Origin: Chiloscyllium plagiosum | Taxonomy: Eukaryota | DNA length: 64,000 bases | Assembly: GCF_004010195.1 (NCBI RefSeq) | Contig: NC_057719.1 | Coordinates: 17,302,893-17,366,892 of the forward strand | Reading direction: 5' to 3' | In this document: positions 63,027 to 64,000 of the stretch, piece by piece | How the letters are laid out: each line of letters opens with the position of its first letter | Position numbering within the stretch: position 1 is the first letter of the stretch | Position numbers and translations under genes: made by a program | Notes under the pieces: model-generated | The model's database searches: none | What the model saw: the letters and a program-made list of their open reading frames with translations, nothing else | What the model was told of the DNA's origin: nothing

Positions 63027-63167
63027 ATGCCTCCTATCCATCTGTCCTGCCACCTTCAATAATCATATACACCCAGCTCTCTCTGCTCCTGTACCCCACT
63101 TTAGAATTACACCCTCTATTTTACATTATCTTTCAATGTTTTTCTGACCAAAGTGCATCATATCAGT

Positions 63168-63376
63168 GAGGAGAAAGTGAGGTCTGCAGATGCTGGAGAT
63201 CAGAGCTGGAAATGTGTTGCTGGAAAAGCGCAGCAGGTCAGGCAGCATCCAGGGAACAGGAGAATTGACGTTTCGGGCATAAGCCTGAAGAAGGGCTAAT
63301 GCCCGAAACGTCGATTCTCCTGTTCCCTGGATGCTGCCTGACCTGCTGCGCTTTTCCAGCAACACATTTCCAGCTC
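63168..63376. mobile_element. Inverted pair of family A PLE repeats, 14-bp TSD
   Basis: tgcatcatatcagt at 63154-63167 and 63377-63390; CTGAAGA-a-GGGC-taat-GCCC-GAAA-cg-TC core from 63285. Confidence 0.9.
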
Positions 63377-64000
63377 TGCATCATATCAGTCACCTCTGCA
63401 GTAAACCTTACCTGCCAACTGTCCACCTATTCCACCACCTTGTCTCCTTATAATTCTTCCAATTAAGTGTCTTCTGCTTTTATGATTATGAACATTTTGT
63501 CATTACGTGAGTTTACTGCTCATGATCAAACACAAAATGAAGGAGATTCATGTGGTATGAATATGTCAACTATAAGCTGCATAAGATTGCCATATCATTG
63601 TTGTTTAAATTATTTCCCAACAGATCAATATTAATTTGTAAGAACCATCTGCTACATTTTAGTATGTTAGCAATTGCATTGCATCCACTTCAAGTCTGCA
63701 TTAGCTGGATGTGAATGGGTTAATCATCTAGTAAATAGGATTCCACGTTTTGAAGGAAGAGCAGCCCAGGCTGCCGAGAAAGGTTGATGTCAAAGGTCAG
63801 GGTCAGTGACTGTAGCAAAGGTCTAGCATAGTGGCAGCTCACTGACAGCCCTAGACTTGACTTGGTGCTGACCTGCATCTGTCAAGGAGGTCGTGTGGTT
63901 CATGGTCAGGTCCACAATACTGCAACCTGAGCCTTGCACTTCCTGTTGCTATGGTAATCTCTTGTCCCCTCCCCCCCCCCCCTCCCTGCTGCAACCCTGC

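Overview
Eukaryotic, repeat-rich, apparently non-coding DNA (intergenic or deep intronic) from a cartilaginous fish. The HE1-type V-SINE and CR1/HER1 LINE content suggests a shark, probably a carpet shark (inference). There are three N gaps (13050-13144, 22993-23989, 43498-43820). I could not support any host protein-coding exon. The ORF track reflects decayed CR1, L2, Penelope and Harbinger sequence or chance ORFs. The most notable feature is about 25 short Penelope-like element (PLE) terminal-repeat fragments from at least four sequence families. Most retain, intact or decayed, a minimal type I hammerhead ribozyme fold: stem I - CUGANGA - stem II - GAAA - palindromic ACGU/AGCU - UH - stem I. 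Stem I shows covarying pairs across families. Many copies form inverted (palindromic) mini-elements, mostly 180-250 bp, with 8-15 bp target-site duplications, and one fragment is flanked by an ~80 bp duplication. One copy is joined to a GIY-YIG endonuclease remnant. Also present: frameshifted Harbinger Myb/SANT and HARBI1-like transposase fossils, Tigger-like MITEs, Deu-domain SINEs, multi-level nested insertions, an ~165 bp imperfect palindrome in unique DNA, and repeat-free blocks that may be conserved regulatory elements. Boundaries were read by eye and are approximate unless a TSD is given. Repeat family names come from recalled consensus features, not from database searches.
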